Shown one piece after another: positions 1 through 9,142 of a DNA stretch of 64,000 bases. Under the pieces are notes generated by a model, which searched no databases, was not told the origin of the DNA, and saw only the letters and a program-made list of their open reading frames with translations. Numbering within the stretch: the first letter of the stretch is position 1; each line of letters opens with the position of its first letter. The DNA is taken from positions 160,001 through 224,000 of the forward strand of contig AP038806.1 in assembly GCA_047150005.1 (NCBI GenBank). Direction: 5' to 3'. Position numbers and translations under genes: made by a program. Origin of the DNA: Nitrospira sp. Lineage in GTDB: Bacteria > Nitrospirota > Nitrospiria > Nitrospirales > Nitrospiraceae.

Positions 1-721
1 CATTCCAGACCAGCATTCGTTTTTGGCCGCCGACCAACGTCGTGCGCACTTTCACGGGGGAGAGCCAATTCACGTTGATGTGCGCAAGCACATTGTCGGG
101 GAAATACACCGTGAGGTAGGCGATGTTTTCGAGATTGTTCACGTGGGCTCCGCCGGTAGCCACGACCAGCTCGGGCTCAAGCCCGATCAAGTAATCCATA
201 ATCGACAGATCATGCGGCGCGAGATCCCAGAGCACGTTTACGTCGTGCTGAAAGAGTCCGAGATTCACACGGGTCGAGTCATAGTAGTAGAGCCGTCCCA
301 ATGTACCCTCGTCGATAAGTTGCTTGATCTTCCGGACAGCTCCGGTAAACAGGAAGGTATGGTCTACCATGATCTGGAGCCCGCGACGATCCGCCAGTTC
401 GATCAGGTCCTCGGCTTCGGCGGAGGTTGCGGTAAAAGGTTTCTCCACAAACACATGTTTTCCATTCTCAAGCGCCTTTGTGGCCAATTCGTAGTGGTAC
501 GACACCGGCGTCACGATCGCCACCGCGTCGATATCCGGGGCGAGAAGCACAGCATCCGGGTCAGTCGTCACACCGATGCCGGGATGTGCCGCCATCGCAC
601 GCGTCAAGGCAGCGGCAGACCTGTCGCAGACAGTGACGACCTTGCAGTCGGGATGTCCGATGAAATTCCGCACCACGTTCGGGCCCCAATACCCATACCC
701 GATCACACCGAGACTTAGCAT
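1..721 (-). CDS. Gfo/Idh/MocA family NAD-dependent oxidoreductase (3' end beyond window edge)
   Basis: Read manually on the minus strand from ATG at 721: MLSLGVIGYGYWGPNVVRNF..., with a Rossmann GxGxWG motif. Absent from the ORF track because its stop lies outside the window. Confidence 0.88.
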   Translation of the reverse strand, partial: MLSLGVIGYGYWGPNVVRNFIGHPDCKVVTVCDRSAAALTRAMAAHPGIGVTTDPDAVLLAPDIDAVAIVTPVSYHYELATKALENGKHVFVEKPFTATSAEAEDLIELADRRGLQIMVDHTFLFTGAVRKIKQLIDEGTLGRLYYYDSTRVNLGLFQHDVNVLWDLAPHDLSIMDYLIGLEPELVVATGGAHVNNLENIAYLTVYFPDNVLAHINVNWLSPVKVRTTLVGGQKRMLVWN

Positions 722-809
722 AACGACACTCCTTGAAAGAGGTTATAGGACCTGTTCCTTCGGAACCAGGAAACGGAGAGAGGGAGTCGGCTGCGGTCAA
801 CGCTCGGAG

Positions 810-1250
810 CTAATCCTGCTCGAGAGCATGTATCTGAAGGGAGTGGCCATTCATCAAAGTGAGGCCGCCATGTAAGCTGTCCTCCAAACGGGTCTTCAAG
901 CTATCGCGCCCATCTCTGGCCGAACCCGTCCGTACCGTCGTCAACAACACCCCGATGATCCGGCCATGCCGATACCATCCGATGTAGTCGGTGTCACGAA
1001 CGCTCATGGACAACAGCGAGATCGCCTTCCCGGCAAGCTCCGATCCCAATGGCACAATTAGCCCTTGCACGTTTGTGCGGTAGACGAGCAGGATCTGGCA
1101 GAGCTGACCCGCTCGCTCGGAACGCTTGAACTCTCGGTGGACGAGATCGCGATAGACCGTTTCAGAATAGATGTCTGCAGAAGAGGAAGACTTGTTGCCC
1201 CTCATCAGACCGAGCAAAAATGCGAGCAGATTTGCTGAATCCATGAGCAT
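810..1250 (-). CDS. Hypothetical protein, degenerate GGDEF-like domain
   Basis: HREFKRSERAG...SVRDTDYIGWY resembles the GGDEF N-helix and R-x-x-D-x-x-G region but has no GG(D/E)EF motif. Confidence 0.6.
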   Translation of the reverse strand: MLMDSANLLAFLLGLMRGNKSSSSADIYSETVYRDLVHREFKRSERAGQLCQILLVYRTNVQGLIVPLGSELAGKAISLLSMSVRDTDYIGWYRHGRIIGVLLTTVRTGSARDGRDSLKTRLEDSLHGGLTLMNGHSLQIHALEQD

Positions 1251-1332
1251 GTCGTCAAAAGGTGATACCGCCCCAGGATAGGGCCATTGAGATGGAGATG
1301 GAGGGAGCGCTCTCGTCGCTGGGCCGGCGACC

Positions 1333-2310
1333 TTAACCGTGGGTGTCGTGACCTAGCGAAGGTTTACCGTGCGCAGCAAAAGCTGCCACCTCGCGTGGAA
1401 GGGCATACCAACAGGTATCCCCGTAGCGGGTAAGGACGTACTTGAGAAGACCTTCATACAGATCGGCAGAATACTCTGAGGAATTCGGTTTGCCATCAAA
1501 AGACATGTAGTCAGGATGGACAATCACCAGAGCCATGCCACCGTGCGAAGCTATCCAATCGAGTTTCTTCGTCCACAGGTCGACCGTCATTTCTTTCAAG
1601 AGCACGAACAACGTGAAATCCTGCGGAAGCGTATACGGGAGTTCGAGGTAGCCTCTCGACCCGTTGCGCTGAATCCAAAAGGGGAAAATCGTTCCGACTC
1701 CATCCGGTTGCGGCTCGAACGGGTCCGTATCGAATGTGGATGCATCGTAGAGCATATCGAGTTTTTGAAGCCAATCGAGGTTATGAAGCATGTAGCCGGA
1801 CCGGAACCCCGATGCCCCCCACATTTTGAGATACTGATTGATTTTCTGAGCTTGAGCCTCAAAGTGCCGCGGTGAACGATACAGCGACCCATCGTGATGC
1901 AAATCATGGACACCGACTTCAAAGCCTTCGTGCTCGAGAACAGCCCGGAACGTGTCGGGAACTCGGTACTCTCCTTCCGGCACAAAGTTGAACGCTGCGC
2001 GAATGCCCAAGGCTTTGTCCAGATCGGCCAGCTTCCGGCAGCGTGCCAACCCGCGCGCTCCCTCGACGTCATGTGTCACGACAAAGGCGAATTCCTTGCC
2101 CTTCGGCCATCCCGGCCAACCCTTCGGCGGTCGAGCTGCAGACGGCGAAATAGGCCAGGAACCGCTGACCTGCTTCCGCAGATGATTGGCGATCAGACGT
2201 CGTACTCGTACTCTGATGGCCCACGGGATAGCCGGCCTCAGATAATAGTATGCCTTCGTCAGGAGCGGTGTGGTTTTAGCGATCCCCATGGGTGACTGAA
2301 TCCTCGCCAA
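1333..2310 (-). CDS. Polysaccharide deacetylase family protein
   Basis: THDVE, GVHDLHH, GFRSG and ELPYTLPQD NodB-like motifs. Confidence 0.8.
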   Translation of the reverse strand: MARIQSPMGIAKTTPLLTKAYYYLRPAIPWAIRVRVRRLIANHLRKQVSGSWPISPSAARPPKGWPGWPKGKEFAFVVTHDVEGARGLARCRKLADLDKALGIRAAFNFVPEGEYRVPDTFRAVLEHEGFEVGVHDLHHDGSLYRSPRHFEAQAQKINQYLKMWGASGFRSGYMLHNLDWLQKLDMLYDASTFDTDPFEPQPDGVGTIFPFWIQRNGSRGYLELPYTLPQDFTLFVLLKEMTVDLWTKKLDWIASHGGMALVIVHPDYMSFDGKPNSSEYSADLYEGLLKYVLTRYGDTCWYALPREVAAFAAHGKPSLGHDTHG

Positions 2311-2374
2311 GAAACACCCTTGAACTAGGTTCTGTCATGCGCCAAAAGACCCAAGCGCTGTCTATCATACATAT

Positions 2375-2472
2375 CTAATCCCCCAGTACCTGTCGGCACC
2401 ACTCGCGATGAGAAAGGTACCACTCAACCGTTTTTCGCGATCCCACCTCGAATGCATGCTGTGGAGACCACT
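2375..2472 (-). pseudogene. 3'-terminal remnant of dTDP-glucose 4,6-dehydratase (rfbB/rmlB-like)
   Basis: KWSPQHAFEVGSRKTVEWYLSHREWCRQV* matches the typical RmlB C-terminus (W-x-P-x-x-x-FE-x-G-x-RKTV-x-WYL). The upstream part is replaced by IS3 sequence. Confidence 0.7.
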
Positions 2473-2775
2473 TCAATGGCGACAAGACGCTGACCGAATT
2501 AGCTGAGCAATTTCGCGTCCATCCCACCCAGATCACCGAATGGAAGCAGCAATTGCTGGCCCGAGCCACGGACGTATTTGGCGGGACGAAGGCGCCATCG
2601 GAGACGCCCGATCTCATAACGGTTCACGCGAAGATCGGGCAACTGGCGCTGGAAAATGATTTTTTAGAAGAGGCGCTCATCAAGGCAGAATTGTTGAGCG
2701 CACCGCGATGATCGACCGCACCCATGCTCTGCCGTCGTGCAGGCAATGCCAGTTGCTCGGTGTGGCACGCTGGAC
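2473..2775 (+). mobile_element. IS3-family remnant (OrfA C-half and start of OrfB)
   Basis: Translates to GDKTLTELAEQFRVHPTQITEWKQQLL...LHAKIGQLALENDFLE-like (here TVHAKIGQLALENDFLE), then MIDRTHALPSCRQCQLLGVAR. Truncated at both ends. Confidence 0.8.
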
Positions 2776-2866
2776 GGCCTGCTAACAATCGCACAGGAAC
2801 GGAGACGGCACGTGGATGTCAACACTGGAAAAGTCGGGCAGCTACACTTTTCCGCTTAAACTGCCC

Positions 2867-4081
2867 TCATTGTACCCGCAGATTCGTGGGTGGCGAAGGA
2901 GGGATGGCGTCAGTGTCAGTGCCAGAACCATTGATGCCCATGTCTTTTCCGTCACTGCCTGCGTTCTTCCCGAGAGAGGCAGAACTCAGTTGGTAGGCCG
3001 TCCACGTGTTGGGCGAACTGCCCCCCACGAAGGTAGGTGTCCCGATGAGATTATTGCTGCCGCTCGCGATGTTCGAGGTATCAAAGAGATTGTTCGTTAC
3101 GGTGCAATTTGTGCAGGCAGGTGTTCCGTTTTGAGTCAAATTCACCCGGCTAGACCCCAAGAAGATATTGTTCCGCAAGAGCAAATTCGTCGTGTTGCCG
3201 TTCTCCGGTTTACCGTTGAAGTTGACGCCCGCATTCTTCATCGTGTTGTGCTCGTACAGCGGATTCGAGATGGTTCCGCATTGGACGGCCACCCCGTTGC
3301 TGGAGCTATGTTCGAGGACGTTGTGGGTAAACACTTCGCTCGCACCGCCATCATAGAAGCCAAGATCGACAGTATTGTTGGTGAAATAATTCCCGGTGAC
3401 GGTCGTATGGGATTGCCCGTACCCTTGGATGGCATCGACGTGGGCAGCACAATTGCCTTGGACGATTCCGGTGAAGGTATTTCCTGGTCCAATCACAACT
3501 CCATACGAACCGACCTGAATGCCGTCGGAGCATCCGCCCGGACCAAAGGTGTTGTTCGAGACGACCACGCCAGCCGGTACGGAACCAGGCCCACCACCCC
3601 ACGTAATACAGAGACGCCCCTCACACCCCGTCGCGTTGTGTGCTCCGAAGGTATTATGGTCGATAAGAATGTTATTGTTATTGAAGTTGACCGTGGAGAT
3701 TGCGAGCTGACGAGTGCCAAAATCACTATTCTGAATCGTGATGTTTTTGGTCAAGCTGCCGGAGATCGTCGCCCCACTGGTGAAACTAATCCCGTCGAAG
3801 GTCACCCCATTGGCCCCACTCTGGGCTGAGAGTCCCATCGTCGGCCCAAGCGGGGTGGTAGCTTGAACTATGACACGAGGGCTTTTCGTAAAGGACCCGA
3901 GCGTGACCGATCCATAGCTCCCGGAGTTCAAGCAGATCGTGGTGCCTGCGGCGGCCGATGAGATCGCCGATGCCAGGTTGGCACCAGGACTGAGGGTCTG
4001 ATTACATGCCGCATTGGCCAGTTCAGACGTCCCTAAGAGAATTGCACAGACAATGAATACCTTCAAGCGGTGACATTTCAT
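2867..4081 (-). CDS. Secreted right-handed parallel beta-helix protein (pectate-lyase-like fold)
   Basis: Signal peptide ending ANA. Asn/Gly-rich beta-helix repeats (HNTF, NNTF, GNYF), plus DGIQ and HVDAIQ motifs. Confidence 0.75.
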   Translation of the reverse strand: MKCHRLKVFIVCAILLGTSELANAACNQTLSPGANLASAISSAAAGTTICLNSGSYGSVTLGSFTKSPRVIVQATTPLGPTMGLSAQSGANGVTFDGISFTSGATISGSLTKNITIQNSDFGTRQLAISTVNFNNNNILIDHNTFGAHNATGCEGRLCITWGGGPGSVPAGVVVSNNTFGPGGCSDGIQVGSYGVVIGPGNTFTGIVQGNCAAHVDAIQGYGQSHTTVTGNYFTNNTVDLGFYDGGASEVFTHNVLEHSSSNGVAVQCGTISNPLYEHNTMKNAGVNFNGKPENGNTTNLLLRNNIFLGSSRVNLTQNGTPACTNCTVTNNLFDTSNIASGSNNLIGTPTFVGGSSPNTWTAYQLSSASLGKNAGSDGKDMGINGSGTDTDAIPPSPPTNLRVQ

Positions 4082-4563
4082 AGTTGTATCCCCATGGTTG
4101 TGCTAAATAGTACCTACTCTTGAGAAAACACGTTGTGTAGCTAGATGACTTAAGATATGTAGTGGCTGCTAAATAACCTGAGGCTTCATCAGTCTGCCAC
4201 CGTACCCATAACCTGCTGTTCTGGTACGCAAGACATATACCTGCTCCAAATGGAGTATTTAAGATCGCTATCAGCGCCTTTAACATAATGAAAGATAATG
4301 TGGTTTCTTAACGATAGGCAATATGTAATTTGGCTGATGGTGACTGCCATGTTGGTCCAAATTGTAGGGAGACACCTCCATCGTAACGGCGTGTCAAGAG
4401 GTGGCCTCCGGGTCTAGCACGTAGTCGTGAAGAAAAACGGCTTGCGCGTTGGGCTCAGGACCCGCGATCCGGTCGGTCCATAGCAGAGCATGGACCGGGA
4501 GAGGTACTTACGCCTCTCGGCAGCGGATGTAGAGGTGAGGAGATCGGGAAGAAGCGGAAGAGC

Positions 4564-5901
4564 TTATCCGCTGGGGAGAGGCGCCTCGTCGGTCCGCCGC
4601 ATCAGTGCGAACACCGGCTCTGCAACCGACGCCTGGGCAAGATTCGCACTCGCACCGATGATGAAGTACCAAAAGAGAATCATTTGATCAAAATACGATA
4701 CTGAAAAAAAAGATACGACATGGCCGAGTACTGTACAGCCCATAGACCAGATAAAAAATCGCTCACAAAAGGTAAACCGAGCTTCATCACGAACTGCCGA
4801 ACCGGTGACCTTAAAGCATTTGACGATCAGCCAGATAAATAGAACCAACCCGAGAAGGCCGCCAGTCACCCCTTGAGCGACATAGTGGTTTACAATGTCT
4901 ACCATATTAGGATTAGCTGTAATACCACTCGCCATCCAGTGCCTTGTGTAAGCTGTGCCACTGAGCCACCACTCGTCAAAATGAACGACGGCGGCATTAA
5001 TCAAGGCTGAGCGATACCATCCTCCTCCTCCTAAGACGTCACTTATGCGCGCTATCAAGAACCATACGGGATCCTTCATGTAAATATGTAATGCTACGAA
5101 GAACATCGCGATCCCCCACCGGATGGCTCTCATATTAGCCCTGACATACCAACAGAACAATCCAATGATGCTCGCAAGAAAGGCCAGAAAAGGTCCACTC
5201 GATGCTGAGGCAAAAATGATGACCGTAGCTGCCAAAATACCTCCTGTTGCAAGTGCACGATTGCGAGCACTGTAGACCCTCAATCCCACAAAAAGTGGCA
5301 AGGCGGTGGCCCCAAACGTTCCTGCGAGGATGGAATGTTTGAACGGACCCTGGCAACGGATACGTCCATTACGTATCTCTGAAAGTATAGGCACTCCGCC
5401 CAAGTATGAAAAAGAGTTTTTCCCGGTCATATGTTCTACGGCAAAAAGAAAGGCGAGAGGAATTATCATGATGCTGAGCATCTTCACGTTAAGAACAACG
5501 TCGTCTAAGTCTCGAATCGACGCCCGCACAATCAGATAAATCCCGAGTCCATCGTAGACAGTGCCAAGAGAGCCGGCCAGATTTCTACTTTCGCCATTCA
5601 CTAGGGTGGAAATAAACGCGCTGGTCAGGAGCCAAGCGATGAAAACCTTGTCGATCGGATTCGGTTTTATACTAAATATTTCCTTCCTAACAAAAATTCT
5701 AAGCATACCGAAAGATATGAGGATCCTGATGATGTTGAAATGAAGCTCGGCTATTATGAGGGCCTGCCCCAATGACATGTAGCAACCAGCTATCAGCATG
5801 GGAACAAACGCGTACCGCCGCGGCAACGTAAACCAGAGAAAACCCATGCCCAACGTGATAATAAGGCTGATCGGAGCTATGGTGCTTTCTTCTTGTTCCA
5901 T
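4564..5901 (-). CDS. O-antigen ligase / Wzy polymerase family membrane protein
   Basis: About 11 hydrophobic segments, RIRCQGPFKHSILAG and SASSGP motifs, located in an EPS locus. Confidence 0.75.
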   Translation of the reverse strand: MEQEESTIAPISLIITLGMGFLWFTLPRRYAFVPMLIAGCYMSLGQALIIAELHFNIIRILISFGMLRIFVRKEIFSIKPNPIDKVFIAWLLTSAFISTLVNGESRNLAGSLGTVYDGLGIYLIVRASIRDLDDVVLNVKMLSIMIIPLAFLFAVEHMTGKNSFSYLGGVPILSEIRNGRIRCQGPFKHSILAGTFGATALPLFVGLRVYSARNRALATGGILAATVIIFASASSGPFLAFLASIIGLFCWYVRANMRAIRWGIAMFFVALHIYMKDPVWFLIARISDVLGGGGWYRSALINAAVVHFDEWWLSGTAYTRHWMASGITANPNMVDIVNHYVAQGVTGGLLGLVLFIWLIVKCFKVTGSAVRDEARFTFCERFFIWSMGCTVLGHVVSFFSVSYFDQMILFWYFIIGASANLAQASVAEPVFALMRRTDEAPLPSG

Positions 5902-5919
5902 GTCGCAAAAGTTTGGTCG

Positions 5920-6240
5920 ACGCTGCGGGTTCTTAGCAGTCGCTGCAGTTACTCTGAGTATTCGGAACGAATGCTTGTTGATGGAACAATTGGACTACAA
6001 TCTGTTGCTTCGATAATTTGTGGGCCTGGATGTGGATGCGTCCGTTTGAGATGTGACCGTGTTCGCAAGAACCGAGATAGCTTGCTGGAGGGCGAGGTTG
6101 CCACGACCTTGTTTGAGCACGTCTTGGCCCAGCGCGGCCCAGCGGCTGTTGTCCGATGAACATTTTACCGTCGATGGGACATTGATTGAGGTTTGGGCCG
6201 GCCGGAGCAGTTTTCAATAGAAGACCCCGCCCGCGCATGT
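5920..6240 (+). pseudogene. IS5-family transposase fragment
   Basis: SIRNECLLMEQLDYNLLLR*FVGL...KNRDSLLEGEVA...LLSDEHFTVDGTLIEVWA, with stops and frameshifts. Confidence 0.8.
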
Positions 6241-6348
6241 CCCGGAGGAGCTCTCGCTGTCAGCGGCGCTTGTAGAACCCACAGATGGTCAACGCTGGAG
6301 GCATTGTCTGATTCATGAAAACTACAAAGGTCCTGTCGGTCTCAGCAT

Positions 6349-7119
6349 CTACCTTACCTTCGCAAATATATCCCCGTAGATTCGATGTGGCGAATGAAAT
6401 CCCGGTTCTGTCCCGGAGATCTCAGTTAGTGATTTCTTCAGTTCAGCCGCTTCCACCCAGCATGGAAGTTCAAACCGCCGCGGATCTTCTATCGCATAAT
6501 TAAACAATGCACCGTCGAACTGGTCCTTCGCCAAGCATCGGAAAGTGGCAGCGAGGTCGCCTGTGTTGAATTCAAATGAGAGGAGTTTCGGGAAGGTGCT
6601 TAGTCCGTCCAGAACCGATTCCTCGAATCCCTCTACGTCGATCTTGATGAAGGCTGGCAAGCCGTATTCGGAAACTAGGTCATTCAAGGTGAGCATGGCG
6701 ACCTGCACTTTTCGAGATGAAACCGCGTTCGGAATCCAATCGTCACGCATGGATGAGATATCGTCTCTATCATCCGAGACATTCAGCGTTACAAGCCCCG
6801 CCTTTGGACCCATGACGGCGTTCAATACGGTGATTGGCAAATCGAAATAGGAAATCTCGATGTGGCGAATACAATCCCGGTTCGGCTCGATCGCAATGAC
6901 CCGATGGCCGAGTGAAGCGAACAACGCTGACAACATTCCGACGTTTGCTCCCACATCGAAGACCAGCCCTTCTGGTGGCAAAAGCGCTGCATAGAAATCC
7001 CTCATATTCCTTAGATGTTCACGTTTTTGAGGGTGAAGCGCTGCATTCAGAAAGCGCCCGAACCGGTGCAAGCCAAGCACCCAAAGGCCCTCTTCAACCC
7101 TTCTTCGAGATCGTCTCAT
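6349..7119 (-). CDS. FkbM family methyltransferase
   Basis: VFDVGANVG, AIEPN and FIKIDVEGFE motifs. Confidence 0.9.
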   Translation of the reverse strand: MRRSRRRVEEGLWVLGLHRFGRFLNAALHPQKREHLRNMRDFYAALLPPEGLVFDVGANVGMLSALFASLGHRVIAIEPNRDCIRHIEISYFDLPITVLNAVMGPKAGLVTLNVSDDRDDISSMRDDWIPNAVSSRKVQVAMLTLNDLVSEYGLPAFIKIDVEGFEESVLDGLSTFPKLLSFEFNTGDLAATFRCLAKDQFDGALFNYAIEDPRRFELPCWVEAAELKKSLTEISGTEPGFHSPHRIYGDIFAKVR

Positions 7120-7257
7120 GGCAACTCCACTCCTGCCTTCTCAAAAAACCACGTCCCTACTCCCGATGAAAATCGCTGACAGTATCGCGGAACAAGCGAG
7201 ACGGGTGCGTAAGCTTCCCTGAACAGTGAAGAGTCCCAAGGGAGAATCTTCTGGCAC

Positions 7258-7370
7258 TGACGTCTCCAAGGAAAACGACGGCAGATTGAAACTGGAGTAC
7301 AATGGCGGCTTCGGCGGTCTCGCACGAAAGGAGTGGACCTATGAAGCGGTCCAAGTTCTCGGAGGAACAT
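7258..7370 (+). mobile_element. IS3 (IS407-like) left-end stump
   Basis: TGACGTCTCC... terminus, RBS GAAAGGAG, then ATG at 7341 encoding MKRSKFSEE (classic OrfA start), which then breaks off. Confidence 0.65.
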
Positions 7371-7460
7371 CGGGTGAGACGATTGAGAGGTCTATTCTAT
7401 CTCAAATGATCGTTCTCATTGCTATTATTGTGGCTCGTTCTATCCGGCCCCACTGGGAAG

Positions 7461-9074
7461 TCACAAGCGCCTTAGCACAGGTGCCAGCCTGTCTCTTGCC
7501 TCTGTAAGTTGTCTTCGCACAAAAGGCCAGAGAGGATAGTTGCTAATGTTTTTCGCACCAGATAGCGGAAATGCCGGCAGTTCGGAAGCAATTTCGATCT
7601 TTTCCCCCGACAGCACAGGAATGGGTTCATCCGAAAGCTGACTCTTCCATTCTGAACTGTTACGCATGCGTCTCCATGCAAGAGGCATAGATTCTGCCTG
7701 TTGCTCCAACGGCCGCTCCACCAATATCTGATTTATCCCTTCGGGAATACACACCTCAATACGTCTCGTGAACATTCTTATCCGAAGTAAATGTCCCTCC
7801 AGCCTTCGTGCATAATGCGATCTTGAAATCCCCTTCATGTCGGCCCAATGAATCGTTCCCAGGGAATTGATAAATCCCGACAAGTCTTCAAAGAGCTGGA
7901 GTCCCTCCGCAACGTCCTGGTGATGGCCTACCGGAATAATTGGATGTTCCAGTATGGCAGCTAGCAGTATGCTGTTGTGACATGTCATGGATATTCGAAA
8001 CCTGGGAAACACCACCAGCCCTTCAACTATGTCAGAGGGTTTCATGCCGAGCGTTCGGAGCCACGGAGCCTGTTGGTTATGGTGGCGCAGAGAACCTGAT
8101 GAAATGCAAGCAGCTTCGAATCCTAACTGTGCCATTTGGCTAAGAGCTCTCGCACTGCATGCTCCGTGTGGAGGCACCATCACTTTTGAGACTTCCACAC
8201 CATGACGGCGCTCAAATTCGTCGATTCGACTGAGCGCCTGCCACAAATTCTTGCTCATACTTTCGTCCGTATAAGGCCTAGCCAATTCCTGTGCTATATG
8301 GTTATTCCCATGGATCAGCAATGATAGTTGTTCGTGATGCTTCCGAAACAACGAGACTGTCGGCTGGTGCACAAACCACGCATCCAGTGGAATCGTTGCG
8401 AAGCTGATGTGGTAGCCATGCGTTTGTGCGTGCGTCGCCACTTCGGCGAAATCAACAAACCCATATGTCCGCCAGTGCAAATTTGGATCGTCAAGCATGA
8501 AACAGGCCTGTATGGGTGGTTGTTCCCAACCGTGATCTCCGGTCAAGGCGCGCAAAAAAATCAAAAGTGGCAACAAGGACAAGAATTGGTTTCCATGGAA
8601 GTATTGAAAGAGTGCCTCACCTTCGTTCAATTCCGGAATCGATGCAGCCACGTAGTGATGCTGCCGCCCTACTCTTTCCTGCATCGCCCAAATCGGGGCA
8701 CCTCCTTTTGAGGCGAGAACTTCCATATTGTCTAACAGTTGAGGCAAGGCCATCAGGTTCACAGCTTCATTCGCGTTGATCCGCCTCCCGGCTAGTGCGC
8801 TCGGAAGCATCGTGTTCCGGGAGAATGCGATGGTGGGTGATCCCCCACATGGAACTCGCTGGTTACTTCGTATAATTGCATAGCTGGGACAGTCGCAATG
8901 GGTAATGCGACGATGAGCCTCCCGGTCCGCTTCGGGGAGAAACCATGCGTCGATTCCGGCGGCGTCCTCAAATGTGCGTTCCTCAAAGCGAACGTCCAGA
9001 AGCTCGCCCAAGGCATCAAGCATTCGCCGCAGGCCTAAGGAATTCAAAGGTGCTGAAACACCTATTACTTTCAT
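7461..9074 (-). CDS. Hypothetical protein with central carbohydrate esterase/NodB-like domain
   Basis: FMLDDP, IHGNNH and VMVPPHG motifs. Confidence 0.6.
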   Translation of the reverse strand: MKVIGVSAPLNSLGLRRMLDALGELLDVRFEERTFEDAAGIDAWFLPEADREAHRRITHCDCPSYAIIRSNQRVPCGGSPTIAFSRNTMLPSALAGRRINANEAVNLMALPQLLDNMEVLASKGGAPIWAMQERVGRQHHYVAASIPELNEGEALFQYFHGNQFLSLLPLLIFLRALTGDHGWEQPPIQACFMLDDPNLHWRTYGFVDFAEVATHAQTHGYHISFATIPLDAWFVHQPTVSLFRKHHEQLSLLIHGNNHIAQELARPYTDESMSKNLWQALSRIDEFERRHGVEVSKVMVPPHGACSARALSQMAQLGFEAACISSGSLRHHNQQAPWLRTLGMKPSDIVEGLVVFPRFRISMTCHNSILLAAILEHPIIPVGHHQDVAEGLQLFEDLSGFINSLGTIHWADMKGISRSHYARRLEGHLLRIRMFTRRIEVCIPEGINQILVERPLEQQAESMPLAWRRMRNSSEWKSQLSDEPIPVLSGEKIEIASELPAFPLSGAKNISNYPLWPFVRRQLTEARDRLAPVLRRL

Positions 9075-9142
9075 TTTCAGACTGTAGTCTACTCTTAACT
9101 AATTGTGTAATGACTCTATTGATTCGACATAGACATATTCAG

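Noticed and set aside
23..718. 231-aa plus-strand ORF
   Set aside because: Antisense shadow of the minus-strand Gfo/Idh/MocA gene.
2816..3829. 337-aa plus-strand ORF
   Set aside because: Shadow of the beta-helix gene; no recognisable motifs.
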